A stretch of DNA of 64,000 nucleotides from Octopus sinensis (lineage: Eukaryota). Both the position numbers and the translations under genes were made by a program. The DNA is taken from the NCBI RefSeq assembly GCF_006345805.1, contig NC_042997.1, forward strand, positions 171,430,001 to 171,494,000. Direction: 5' to 3'. The notes beneath the pieces are model-generated. The model was not told the DNA's origin, made no database searches, and saw only the letters and a list, made by a program, of their open reading frames with translations. Below are positions 63,170 through 64,000 of the stretch, piece by piece (within the stretch, counting starts at the first letter, position 1; every line of letters starts with the position of its first letter).

Positions 63170-64000
63170 CTCTTATTATAAAAGGCAGATTTTATCTGCC
63201 TCCCTTTGGGAGTTATACAAATCTACAATATAGGATTTCTTCAATTACAATTTACCCAGCATTTTTAAGAGTACAATGCATCGCGTCATGCCAGGTCCAG
63301 TTTTTAAAATTTAAACTCCAATTAAGCAAAATTTACAGAAAACTCACATTCTGGTGTGTGTGTCAAATGCTTTTCTTAGTCTGGTTTACACCACACGCAA
63401 ATGCACACACACAGTGGGCAACGAATAAAATGAAAGTAAATAGCGACAGAGTGATTTGAGGAAGACTAAAGTGAAAGTATTCTGTCTATGACGCTGATAG
63501 ATACATGAGTAAAATGTATGGGAAGCTAAGAGCTAAGAGTGAGTGAAAATGTTCTTGGAAGAGAGTAAATAGCGAGAGAGAGAGTGATTTGAGGAAGACT
63601 TTCATTAAATAACCGTAGTGGCTTGTGTTAGTAATAAAGTAAACATACACTCATACATACATACATACATACATACATACATACATACATACATACATAC
63701 ATACACACATACACACACACATACATACACACACACATACATACATACACACATACATACATACATACATACATATACATACATACATACATATACATAC
63801 ATACATACACACACACACATACACACACACACAGTATTGAAGCTTGAGAACAATCAGATACATTTGCAACACATCTGTTGAAAATATTATTGTTCACACA
63901 CATACATATACATATATACATACAGACAGACAGATAGACACACACACACACACATGATCCAGCATGGCCACAACCTCAAGGCTGAAACATATAAAAGAAT

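Overview
AT-rich, repeat-saturated metazoan genomic DNA. The SINE, Dong/R4 LINE and microsatellite families present suggest an Octopus-like cephalopod (inference). I could not support any recognisable host protein-coding gene; nearly all listed ORFs are microsatellite or SINE read-through. The dominant feature is a young GC-rich Ty3/Gypsy-derived non-autonomous LTR retroelement at 53139-60924 (minus strand), arranged LTR-int-LTR-int-LTR. It has three ~1.27-kb LTRs with TGTTA...TAACA ends, an ATAT target-site duplication, a 19-nt tRNA-Leu(CAA) primer-binding site and a PPT. Its ~2-kb internal region is almost entirely one 641-aa ORF, a miniaturised gag-pol that has lost the protease, RT active site, RNase H and integrase cores but remains in frame. 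The rest of the window holds many tRNA-derived SINEs and decayed Dong/R4, Tx1/L1, RTE, Penelope-like and Tc1/mariner fragments. It also contains several MITEs with TIR/TSD, a Helitron-like element, minimal hammerhead-ribozyme-like motifs (one inside a Pol III SINE), a ~280-bp foldback, a 28-bp minisatellite and extensive microsatellites. Boundaries of degenerate repeats are approximate, read by eye.
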